Part shown: positions 28,501 through 40,984 of the stretch, piece by piece
Numbering within the stretch: position 1 is the stretch's first letter
How the letters are laid out: the number at the start of each line of letters is the position of its first letter
Assembly: GCF_009914755.1 (NCBI RefSeq)
Contig: NC_060933.1
DNA length: 64,000 nucleotides
DNA from: the human T2T-CHM13v2.0 reference genome, Homo sapiens
Strand: one strand, 5' to 3'
Program-made: the position numbers and the translations under genes
The notes under the pieces: model-generated
Told to the model about the DNA's origin: nothing
Database searches by the model: none
What the model saw: only the letters and a program-made list of their open reading frames with translations

Positions 28501-28795
28501 ATTCCCCTGCACTCGCGTTGATTCCATTCCATTCCATTCCATTCCATTCCATTCAATTCCATTCCATTACAATTCGTTCCATTCCATTCTATTCCGTACC
28601 ATTCCATTCCATTCCATACCATTCCATTCCATTCCATTCCATTCCACTCCATTCCATTGCACTCGGGTTGATTCCATTCCATTCCATTCCATTCCATTCC
28701 ATTCCATTCCGGATGATTCCATTCCATTGCATTCCGTTCCATTACATTCCCATGCACTCGCGTTGATTCCATTCCATTCCATTCCATTCCATTCC
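15720..28795 (+). repeat. Four near-identical tandem ~3.26-kb higher-order units (A1-A4)
   Basis: Landmarks recur: GTTGTACTCGAG at 15741/19021/22276/25546, GCGGGTTGAT at 16801/20076/23341/26601, AACTACCTTA at 18561/21816/25086/28341, CATCACATTC at 18311/21561/24836/28086. The ORF track repeats with the same 3255-3280 bp offsets. Confidence 0.95.
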
Positions 28796-29594
28796 ATTCA
28801 CTTCCATTCCATTGCAATTCGTTCCATTCCATTCTATTCCGTACCATTCCATTCCATTCCATACCATTCCATTCCATTCCATTCCATTCCGTTCCGTCCT
28901 GTTCCTTTCCATTCCATTCCATTCTATTCGGATTAATTCCATTCCATTCCATTCCATTCCATTCCATTCTATTCCATTCCATTGCAATCGAGTTGAATCC
29001 ATTGCATTTCATTCCATTCCATTCCATTCCATTCCATTCCGGAAGATTCCATTCCATTGCATTCCATTCCATTCCATTCCCCTGCACTCGCGTTGATTCC
29101 ATTCCATTCCATTCCATTCCATTCCATTCCGTTCCGTTCAATTCCATTCCATTCCATTCCATTCCATTCCATTCCATTCCATTCCGTTCCGTTCCATTCC
29201 ATTCCATTCCATTCTATTCGGGTTAATTCCATTCCATTGCATTCGATTGCAATCGAGTTGATTCCGTTCCATTCCATTCCATTCCATTCCATTCCATTCC
29301 ATTCCATTCCTTTCCATTCCATTACGGATGATTCCATTCCATTGCATTCCATTCCATTCCATTCCCCTGTACTCGGGTTGATTCCATTCCATTCCATTCC
29401 ATTCCATTCCATTCCATTCCATTTCGTTCCATTCCACTCTATTCCGTACCATTCCATTCCATTCCTTTCCATTCCAATCCATGCTATTCCACTCGGGTTG
29501 ATTTCATTCCTTTCCATTCCATTCGAGTTGAATCCATTCCATTCCTTTCCGTTCCATTCCATTCCATTCCATTCCATTTCGTTCCATTCCATTC

Positions 29595-30545
29595 TATTAG
29601 GGTTAATTCCATTCCATTCCATTCCATTCCATTCCGTTCCATGCCATTCCACTCGGGTTGATTCCATTCCTTTCCATTCCATTCGAGTTGAATCCATTCC
29701 ATTCCATTCTATTCCATTCCATTCCTTTCCATTCCATTCAATTCCATTCTATTCCGGTTAATTCCATTCCATTCCATTCCATTCCATTCCATTTCATTGC
29801 AATCGAGTTGATTCCATTGCATTCCATTCCATTCCATTCCAGTCCTTTCCATTCCATTCCACTCGGGTTGATTCCATTCTATTCCTTTCCATTCCATTCG
29901 ATTGCATTCCATTCCACTCGATTCCATTCCATTCCACTCTGGTTGATTCCATTCCTTTTCATTCCACTCGAAAACATTCCCTTCTATTCCACTCGGAATG
30001 ATTCCATTCCATTCCATTCCATTCCATTCCATTTCGTTCCATTACATTCTATTCTGTACCATTCCACTCCATTCCATTCCATTCCATTCCATGCCATTCC
30101 TCTCGGGTTGATTCCATTCCTTTCCATTCCATTCGGGTTGAGTCCATTCCATTCCATTCCTTTCCATTCCATTCCATTCCATTGCACTCGGGTTGATTCC
30201 ATTCCATTCCATTCCGTTCCATTCCGGATGACTCCATTCCATTGCATTCCATTCCATTCCATTCCCCTGCACTCGGTTTCATTACATTCCATTCCATTCA
30301 CTTCCATTCCATTCCATTCCATTCCATTCCATTCCATTCCATTCCATTCCATTCCAATCGAGTTGATTCCATTCCATTCCATTCCATTCCATTCAATTCC
30401 GAATGATGTCATTCCATTGCCTTCCATTCCATTCCATTCCCCTGCACTCGGGTTGATTCCATTCCATTCCATTCCATCCCATTCCATTCCATTCCATTCC
30501 ATTTCGTTCCATTCCATTCTATTCCGTACCATTCCATTCCATTCC
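29595..30545 (+). repeat. ~0.95-kb block duplicated at 44410-45345
   Basis: Shared ATTGCATTCCATTCCACTCGATTCC, GGGTTGAGTCC and GAATGATGTC variants. ORFs 29658 and 44476 begin identically (offset 14818). Confidence 0.88.
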
Positions 30546-30649
30546 ATTCCATTCCATTCCAATCGAGTTGATTCCATTCCATTCCATTCCATTCCATTCA
30601 ATTCCGAATGATGTCATTCCATTGCCTTCCATTCCATTCCATTCCCCTG

Positions 30650-33600
30650 CACTCGTGTTGATTCCATTCCATTCCACTCCATACCATTCCATTCCATTCC
30701 ATTCCATTCCATTCCATTCCATTCCATTCCATTCCGTTCCATTCCGTTCCATTCCATTCCATTCCATTCTATTCGGGTTAATTCCATTCCATTCCATTCC
30801 ATTCCATTCTATTCCATTCCATTGCAATCGAGTTGAATCCATTGCATTTCATGCCATTCCATTCCATTCCATTCCATTCCGGAAGATTCCATTCCATTGC
30901 ATTCCATTCCATTCCATTCCCCTGCACTCGCGTTGATTCCATTCCATTCCATTCCATTCCATTCCATTCCATTCCATTCCATTCCGTTCCATTCCGTTCC
31001 GTTCCATTCCATTCTATTCCATTCCATTCCATTCCATTCCTTTCCGTTCCATTCCATTCCATTCCATTCCATTCTATTTGGGTTAATTCCATTCCATTCC
31101 ATTCGACTGCAATCGAGTTGATTCCATTCCATTCCATTCCATTCCATTCCATTCCATTCCATTCCTTTCCATTACATTACGGATGATTCCATTCCATTGC
31201 ATTCCATTCCATTCCATTCCCCTGTACTCGGGTTGATTCCATTCCATTCCATTCCAATCCATGCCATTCCACTCGTATTGATTCCATTCTTTCCATTCCA
31301 TTCAAGTTGAATCCATTCCATTGCATTCCATTACATTCGATTCCATTCGATTGCACTCGGGTTGATTCCATTCCATTGTATTCCATTCCATTCCATTCCA
31401 TTCCATTCCATTCCATTCCATTCCGTTCCATTCCATTCCATTACATTCGGATTGATTCTATTCAATTCCCTTACACTCCATTACATTCCATTCCATTCGG
31501 GTAGTTTCCATTCCATTCCTCTCCATTCCATTGCACTCGGGTTGATTCCATTCCATTGCATTCCATTCCATACCATTCAATTCCATTCCGTTCCATTCCA
31601 TTCCATTACATTCGGATTGATTCTATTCAACTCCCTTACTCTCCATTACATTCGATTGCATTCGGGTTGTTCAATTCCATTCCATTCCATTCCACTCCAT
31701 TCCATTGCACTCGGGTTGATTCCATTCCATTCCATTCCATTCCGGAAGATTCCATTCCATTGCATTCCCTTACATTCCATTCCCCTGCACTCGCGTTGAT
31801 TCCATTCCATTCCATTCCATTCCATTGCATTCCATTGCATTCCATTCCCCTGCACTCAGGTTGATTCCATTCCATTCCATTCCATTCCATTCCATTCCAT
31901 TCCATTCCATTCTATTCGCGTTAATTCCATTCCACTCCATTCCATTACATTCCATTGCAATCGACTTGATTCCATTCCATTCCATTCCATTCCATTCAAG
32001 TCCTTTCCATTCCATTCCACTCGTGTTGATTCCATTTTATTAGTTTCCATTCCATTCCATTCCCTTCCATTCCACTCTGGTTGATTCCATTCCTTTCCAT
32101 TCCACTCGAATTCATTCCCTTCTATTCCACTCGGAATGATTCCATTCTATTCCGTTCCATTCCATTCCATTTCGTTCCATTCCATTTTATTCCGTACCAT
32201 TCCATTCCATTCCATTCCATTACATTCCATTCCATTCCATTCCATTCCATGCCATTGCACTCGGGTTGATTCCATTGCTTTCCATTCCATTTGGGTTGAA
32301 TCCATTCCATTCCATTCCATTCCATTCCATTCCATTCCATTCCATTCAATTGCACTAGGTTTGATTCCATTCCACTGCATTCCATTCCATTCCATTCAAT
32401 TCCATTCCATTCCATTCCATTCCATTCCATTCCATTCCCCTGCACTCGGGTTCATTCCATTCCATTCCATTTACTTCCATTCCATTCCATTCCATTCCAT
32501 TCCATGCCATTCCACTCGCGTTGATTCCATTCCCTTCCATTCCATTAGAGTTGAATCCATTCCATTCCATTCCATTCCATTCCATTCCATTCCATTCCAT
32601 TGCACACGGGTTCATTCCATTCCATTCCATTCCATTCCCTTACATTCCATTTCGTTACATTCCATTCTATTCCGTACCATTCCATTCCATTCCATTCCAT
32701 TCCATTCCATTCCATTCCATGCCATTCCACTCGGGTATATTCCATTCCTTTTAATTCCATTCGGGTTGAATCCATTCCATTCCATTCCATTCGATTCCAT
32801 TACATTGCACTCGGGTTGATTCCATTCCATTCCATTCCATTACATTTCATTCCATTCCATTCCATTACATTTCATTCCATTCCATTCCATTCCATTTCAT
32901 TCAATTCCATTCCATTCCATGCCATTCCACTCGTGTTGATTCCATTCCTTTCCATTCCATTACATTTCATTCCATTCCATTCCATTCCATTTCATTCAAT
33001 TCCATTCCATTCCATGCCATTCCACTCGTGTTGATTCCATTCCTTTCCATTCCATTCGAGTTGAACCCATTCCATTCCATTCCATTCCATTCCATTCCAT
33101 TCCGTTCCATTCCATTGCACGCGGGTTCATTCCATTCCATTCCGTTCCATTCCATTCCATTCCATTCCAGTCCATTCCATTGCATTCCATTTCGTTCCAT
33201 TCCATTCTATTCCGTACGATTCCATTGCATTCCATTCCATTCCATTCCTTTCCATTCCATTGAATTCGAGTTGATTCCATTCCATTCCGTTCCATTCCAT
33301 TCCATTCCATTCCATTCCGGATGATTCCATTCCACTGCATTCCATTCCATTAAATTCCCCTGCACTTGGAGTGATTCCTTTCCATTCTATTCCATTCCAT
33401 TCCATTCCATTCCATTCCATTCCATTCCATTCCATTCCATTTCATTGCAATCGAGTTGATTCCATTGCATTCCATTCCATTCCATTCCAGTCCTTTCCAT
33501 TCCATTCCACTCGGGTTGATTCCATTCTATTCCTTTCCATTCCATTCGATTCCATTCCATTCCACTCTGGTTGATACCATTCCTTTTCATTCCACTCGAA

Positions 33601-34385
33601 AACATTCCCTTCTATTCCACTCGGAATGATTCCATTCCATTCCATTCCATTCCATTCCATTCCATTCCGTTTCGTTCCATTACATTCTATTCCGTACCAT
33701 TCCACTCCATTCCATTCCATTCCATTCCATGCCATTCCTCTCGGGTTGATTCCATTCCTTTCCATTCCATTCGGGTTGAATCCATTCCATTCCATTCCTT
33801 TCCATTCCATTCCATTCCATTGCACTCGGGTTGATTCCATTCCATTCCATTCCGTTCCATTCCGGATGACTCCATTCCATTGCATTCCATTCCATTCCAT
33901 TCCCCTGCACTCGGTTTCATTACATTCCATTCCATTCACTTCCATTCCATTCCATTCCATTCCATTCCATTCCATTCCATTCCATTTCGTTCCATTCCAT
34001 TCTATTCCGTACCATTCCATTCCATTCCATTCCATTCCATTCCATTCCATTCCATTCCATTTCCTTCCATTCCATTCCATTCCATTCCATTCCATTCCAT
34101 TCCATTCCATTTCCTTCCATTCCATTCCATTCCATTCCATTCCATTCCATTCCATTCATTTCCTTCCATTCCATTCCATTCCATTCCATTCCATTCCATT
34201 CCATTTCCTTCCATTCCATTCCATTCCATTCCATTCCATTCCATTCCATTCTATTAGGGTTAATTCCATTCCATTCCATTCCATTCCACTCCATTCCATG
34301 CCATTCAACGCGGGTTTATTCCATTCCTTTCCATTCCATTCGTGTTGAATCCATTCCATTCCATTCCATTCCATTCGATTCCATT
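30650..34385 (+). repeat. ~3.72-kb unit B, copy 1
   Basis: GCATTTCATGCC 30844, CGACTGCAATC 31104, EcoRI GAATTC 32108 and 33262. These recur at +3717 to +3722 bp and at about +10.2-10.3 kb. Confidence 0.9.
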
Positions 34386-34389
34386 ACAC

Positions 34390-37300
34390 TGCACTCGTGT
34401 TGATTCCATTCCATTCCACTCCATACCATTCCATTCCATTCCATTCCATTCCATTCCGTTCCATTCCGTTCCATTCCATTCCATTCCATTCTATTCGGGT
34501 TAATTCCATTCCATTCCATTCCATTCCATTCTATTACATTCCATTGCAATCGAGTTGAATCCATTGCATTTCATGCCATTCCATTCCATTCCATTCCATT
34601 CCGGAAGATTCCATTCCATTGCATTCCATTCCATTCCATTCCCCTGCACTCGCGTTGATTCCATTCCATTCCATTCCATTCCATTCCATTCCATTCCATT
34701 CCGTTCCATTCCGTTCCGTTCCATTCCATTCTATTCCATTCCATTCCATTCCATTCCTTTCCGTTCCATTCCATTCCATTCCATTCCATTCTATTTGGGT
34801 TAATTCCATTCCATTCCATTCGACTGCAATCGAGTTGATTCCATTCCATTCCATTCCATTCCATTCCATTCCATTCCTTTCCATTACATTACGGATGATT
34901 CCATTCCATTGCATTCCATTCCATTCCATTCCCCTGTACTCGGGTTGATTCCATTCCATTCCATTCCAATCCATGCCATTCCACTCGTATTGATTCCATT
35001 CTTTCCTTTCCATTCAAGTTGAATCCATTCCATTGCATTCCATTACATTCGATTCCATTCGATTGCACTCGGGTTGATTCCATTCCATTGTATTCCATTC
35101 CATTCCATTCCATTCCATTCCATTCCATTCCATTCCGTTCCATTCCATTCCATTACATTCGGATTGATTCTATTCAATTCCCTTACACTCCATTACATTC
35201 CATTCCATTCGGGTAGTTTCCATTCCATTCCTCTCCATTCCATTGCACTCGGGTTGATTCCATTCCATTGCATTCCATTCCATACCATTCAATTCCATTC
35301 CGTTCCATTCCATTCCATTACATTCGGATTGATTCTATTCAACTCCCTTACTCTCCATTACATTCGATTGCATTCGGGTTGTTCAATTCCATTCCATTCC
35401 ATTCCACTCCATTCCATTGCACTCGGGTTGATTCCATTCCATTCCATTCCATTCCGGAAGATTCCATTCCATTGCATTCCATTACATTCCATTCCCCTGC
35501 ACTCGCGTTGATTCCATTCCATTCCATTCCATTCCATTGCATTCCATTGCATTCCATTCCCCTGCACTCAGGTTGATTCCATTCCATTCCATTCCATTCC
35601 ATTCCATTCCATTCCATTCCATTCCATTCTATTCGCGTTAATTCCATTCCACTCCATTCCATTACATTCCATTGCAATCGACTTGATTCCATTCCATTCC
35701 ATTCCATTCCATTCAAGTCCTTTCCATTCCATTCCACTCGTGTTGATTCCATTTTATTAGTTTCCATTCCATTCCATTCCCTTCCATTCCACTCTGGTTG
35801 ATTCCATTCCTTTCCATTCCACTCGAATTCATTCCCTTCTATTCCACTCGGAATGATTCCATTCTATTCCGTTCCATTCCATTCCATTTCGTTCCATTCC
35901 ATTTTATTCCGTACCATTCCATTCCATTCCATTCCATTCCATTCCATTCCATTACATTCCATTCCATTCCATTCCATGCCATTCCACTCGGGTTGATTCC
36001 ATTGCTTTCCATTCCATTTGGGTTGAATCCATTCCATTCCATTCCATTCCATTCCATTCCATTCCATTCAATTGCACTAGGTTTGATTCCATTCCACTGC
36101 ATTCCATTCCATTCCATTCAATTCCATTCCATTCCATTCCATTCCATTCCATTCCATTCCATTCCATTCCATTCCCCTGCACTCGGGTTCATTCCATTCC
36201 ATTCCATTTACTTCCATTCCATTCCATTCCATTCCATTCCATTCCATGCCATTCCACTCGCGTTGATTCCATTCCCTTCCATTCCATTAGAGTTGAATCC
36301 ATTCCATTCCATTCCATTCCATTCCATTCCATTCCATTGCACACGGGTTCATTCCATTCCATTCCATTCCATTCCCTTACATTCCATTTCGTTACATTCC
36401 ATTCTATTCCGTACCATTCCATTCCATTCCATTCCATTCCATTCCACTCCATTCCATGCCATTCCACTCGGGTATATTCCATTCCTTTTAATTCCATTCG
36501 GGTTGAATCCATTCCATTCCATTCCATTCGATTCCATTACATTGCACTCGGGTTGATTCAATTCCATTCCATTCCATTACATTTCATTCCATTCCATTCC
36601 ATTCCATTTCATTCAATTCCATTCCATTCCATGCCATTCCACTCGTGTTGATTCCATTCCTTTCCATTCCATTACATTTCATTCCGTTCCATTCCATTCC
36701 ATTTCATTCAATTCCATTCCATTCCATGCCATTCCACTCGTGTTGATTCCATTCCTTTCCATTCCATTCGAGTTGAACCCATTGCATTCCATTCCATTCC
36801 ATTCCATTCCATTCCGTTCCATTCCATTGCACGCGGGTTCATTCCATTTCATTCCGTTCCATTCCATTCCATTCCATTCCATTCCATTCCATTCCATTAC
36901 ATTCCATTTCGTTCCATTCCATTCTATTCCGTACGATTCCATTGCATTCCATTCCATTCCATTCCTTTCCATTCCATTGAATTCGAGTTGATTCCATTCC
37001 ATTCCGTTCCATTCCATTCCATTCCGGATGATTCCATTCCACTGCATTCCATTCCATTAAATTCCCCTGCACTTGGAGTGATTCCTTTCCATTCTATTCC
37101 ATTCCATTCCATTCCATTCCATTCCATTCCATTCCATTCCATTTCATTGCAATCGAGTTGATTCCATTGCATTCCATTCCATTCCATTCCAGTCCTTTCC
37201 ATTCCATTCCACTCGGGTTGATTCCATTCTATTCCTTTCCATTCCATTCGATTCCATTCCATTCCACTCTGGTTGATACCATTCCTTTTCATTCCACTCG

Positions 37301-37765
37301 AAAACATTCCCTTCTATTCCACTCGGAATGATTCCATTCCATTCCATTCCATTCCATTCCATTCCATTCCATTCCATTCCGTTTCGTTCCATTACATTCT
37401 ATTCCGTACCATTCCACTCCATTCCATTCCATTCCATTCCATGCCATTCCTCTCGGGTTGATTCCATTCCTTTCCATTCCATTCGGGTTGAATCCATTCC
37501 ATTCCATTCCTTTCCATTCCATTCCATTCCATTGCACTCGGGTTGATTCCATTCCATTCCATTCCGTTCCATTCCGGATGACTCCATTCCATTGCATTCC
37601 ATTCCATTCCATTCCCCTGCACTCGGTTTCATTACATTCCATTCCATTCACTTCCATTCCATTCCATTCCATTCCATTCCATTCCATTCCATTCCATTTC
37701 GTTCCATTCCATTCTATTCCGTACCATTCCATTCCATTCCATTCCATTCCATTCCATTCCATTCC
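34390..37765 (+). repeat. ~3.72-kb unit B, copy 2 (tandem, 3'-truncated)
   Basis: GCATTTCATGCC 34566, CGACTGCAATC 34821, GAATTC 35825 and 36979. Diverges from copy 1 after ~37760. Confidence 0.9.
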
Positions 37766-37914
37766 ATGCCATTACACTCGGGTTGATTCCATTGCTTTCC
37801 ATTCCATTTGGGTTGAATCCATTCCCCTGCAGTCGGGTTGTTTCCATTCCATTCCATTCCATTCCATTCCATTCCATTCCGTTCCGTTCCATTCCATTCC
37901 ATTCCATTCTATTC

Positions 37915-39105
37915 GGGTTAATTCCATTCCATTCCATTCCATTCCATTCCATTCCATTCCATTCCATTCCAATCGAGTTGATTCCATTCCATTCCATTCC
38001 ATTCCATTCCACTCCATTCCAGTCCTTTCCATTCCATTCCACTCGGGTTGATTCCAATGTATTCCTTTCCATTCCATTCCATTCCATTGCAATCGAGTTG
38101 ATTCCATTGCTTTGCATTCCATTCCATTCCATTCCATTCCGGATGATTCCATTCCATTGCATTCCATTCCATTCCATTCCCCTGCACTCGGGTTGATTCC
38201 ATTCCATTCCACTCCATTCCGTTCCATTCCATTCCATTCCGTTGTATTCGGGTTAATTCCATTCCATTCCATTCCATTCCATTCCATTCCATTCCATCAC
38301 AATCGAGTTGGCTCCATTCCATTCCATTCCATTCCATTCCATTCCATTCCATTCCATTCCGGATGATTCCATTCCATTACATTGCGTTCCATTACATTCC
38401 CCTGCACTCGGGTTGATTCCATTCCATTCTATTCCATTCCATTCGATTCCATTCCATTCCAATTCTTTCCATTCCATTCTATTCCGTACCATTCCATTCC
38501 ATTCCATACCATTCCATTCCATTCCATTCCATTCCATTCCGTTCCGTTCCGTTCCGTTCCGTTCCATTCCATTCCATTCCATTTTATTCGGGTTAATTCC
38601 ATTCCATTCCATTCCATTCCATTCTATTCCATTCCATTGCAATCGAGTTGAATCCATTGCATTCCATTCCATTCCATTCCGGAAGATTCCATTCCACTGC
38701 ATTCCATTCCATTCCATTCCCCTGCACTCGCGTTGATTCCATTCCATTCCATTCCATTCCATTCCATTCCATTCTATTCCGTTCCGTTCCATTCCATTCC
38801 ATTCCATTCCTTTCCGTTCCGTTCCATTCCATTCCATTCTATTCGGGTTAATTCCATTCCATTCCATTCGATTGCAATCCAGTTGATTCCATTCCACTCC
38901 ATTCCATTCCATTCCATTCCATTCCATTCCATTGCTTTCCATTCCATTACGGATGATTCCATTCCATTACATTACATTCCATTCCATTCCCCTGTACTCG
39001 GGTTGATTCCATTCCATTCCATTCCATTCCATTCTATTCCATTCCATTCCATTCCATTCCGGAAGATTCCATTCCATTGCATTCCATTCCATTTCATTCC
39101 CCTGC
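37915..39105 (+). repeat. Diverged copy of window start (1-1130)
   Basis: The rare ATTCCATCACAATCG occurs only at 351 and 38291. The surrounding motif order is the same (CAATTCTTTCC, GTTCC runs, GGAAG sites), with several substitutions. Confidence 0.8.
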
Positions 39106-39114
39106 ACTCACGTT

Positions 39115-40520
39115 GATTCCATTCCATTCCATTCCATTCCATTCAATTCCGAATGATGTCATTCCATTGCCTTCCATTGCATTCCATTCCCCTGCACTCG
39201 GGTTGATTCCATTCCATTCCATTCCATCCCATTCCATTCCATTCCATTCCATTTCGTTCCATTCCATTCTATTCCGTACCATTCCATTCCATTCCATTCC
39301 ATTCCATTCCATTCCATTCCATTTCCTTCCATTCCATTCCATTCCATTCCATTCCATTCCATTCCATTCCATTCCATTCTATTAGGGTTAATTCCATTCC
39401 ATTCCATTCCATTCCATGCCATTCCACTCGGGTTGATTCCATTCCTTTCCATTCCATTCGAGTTGAATCCATTCCATTCCATTCCATTCCATTCCATTCC
39501 ATTGCACACGGGTTCATTTCATTCCATTCCATTCCATTCCATTTCGTTCCATTCCATTCTATTCCATACCATTCCATTCCATTCCATTCCATTAGACTCC
39601 ATTCCATGCCATTCCACTCGGTTTTATTCCATTCGTTTCCATTCCATTCGGGTTGAATCCATTGCATTCCATTCCATTCGATTCCATTACATTGCACTCG
39701 TGTTGTTTCCATTCCATTCCATTCCATTCCATTCCATTCCATGCCATTCCACTCGGGTTGATTTCATTACATTCCGTTCCATTCGAGTCGAACCCATTCC
39801 ATTCCATTCCATTCCATTCCATTCCATTCCAATCCATTGCACACGTGTTCACTCCATTCCATTCCATTCCATTCCATTCCGTTCCATTTCGTTCCATTCC
39901 ATTCTATTCGGTACCATTACATTCCATTCCATTCGGTACCATTCCATTCCATTCCAATCCATTCCATTCCATGCCATTCCACTTGGGTTGATTCCCTTCC
40001 TTTCCATTCCATTCGGGTTGAATCCATTCCATTCCATTCCATTCCATTCCATTCCATTCCATTCCATTCCTTTCAATTCCATTGCACACGGGTTGGTTCC
40101 ATTCCATTCCTTTCCGTTCCATTCCGGATGACTCCATTTCATTGCATTCCATTCCATTCCATTCCCCTGCACTCGGGTTCATTACCTTCCATTCCATTTA
40201 CTTCCATTCCATTCCATTCCATTCTATTCTGGTTAATTCCATTCCATTCCATTCCATTCCATTCCATTCCATTCCATTCCATTCCATTCCATTCCATTGC
40301 AATCGAGTTGATTCCATTCCATTCCATTCAATTCCGGATGATTCCATTCCATTGCCTTCAATTCCATTCCATTCCCCTGCACTCGGGTTGATTCCATTCC
40401 ATTCCATTCCATTCCATTCCATTCCATTCCATTCCATTTCATTCCATTCCATTTCGTTCCTTTCCATTCTATTCCGTACCATTCCATTCCATTCCATTCC
40501 ATTCCATTCCATTCCATTCC
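39115..40520 (+). repeat. ~1.4-kb block duplicated at 45180-46560
   Basis: ATTAGACTCC 39591/45644, GAGTCGAACCC, GCACACGTGTTC and paired GGTACC sites occur in both. ORFs 39433 and 45486 are offset by 6053. Confidence 0.88.
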
Positions 40521-40984
40521 ATGCCATTCCACTCGGGTTGATTCCATTCCTTTCCATTCCATTCGAGTTGAATCCATTCCAATCCATTCCATTCCATTCG
40601 ATTCCATTCCATTGCACACGGGTTCATTCCATTCCATTCCATTCCATTCCATTCCATTCCATTCCATTCCATTCCATTTCGTTCCATTCCATTCTATTCC
40701 GTACCATTCCATTCCATTCCATTCCATTCCATTCCACTCCACTTCATGCCATTCCACTCGGGATTATTCCATTCCTTTCCATTCCATTCGGGTTGAATCG
40801 ATTCCATTCCATTCCATTCCATTCCATTCCATTACATTGCACTCGGGTTGATTCCATTCCATTCCATTCCATTCCATTCCACTCCATTCCATGCCATTCC
40901 ACGCGGGTTTATTCCATTCCTTTCCATTCCATTCGTGTTGAATCCATTCCATTCCATTCCATTCCATTCGATTCCATTACACTG

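Noticed and set aside
15741-28795. Unit A lengths are all multiples of 5 (five -1 shifts per unit), hinting at selection for phase
   Set aside because: This has a 1-in-5 chance of occurring anyway, and unit B (3717 bp) and the 1728-bp unit are not multiples of 5.
30650-37765. Identification as Y-chromosome DYZ1 (~3.5-kb unit) because of ~3.3-3.7-kb periods and EcoRI sites
   Set aside because: The periods (3255-3280, 3717) are local and not sustained, no periodic HaeIII GGCC site was noticed, and the sequence is a purer CATTC with abundant ACTCGGGTTG.
39842-39850. E-box CACGTG (also ~45895)
   Set aside because: A single point variant of CACGGG present in only two paralogous copies, as expected by chance.
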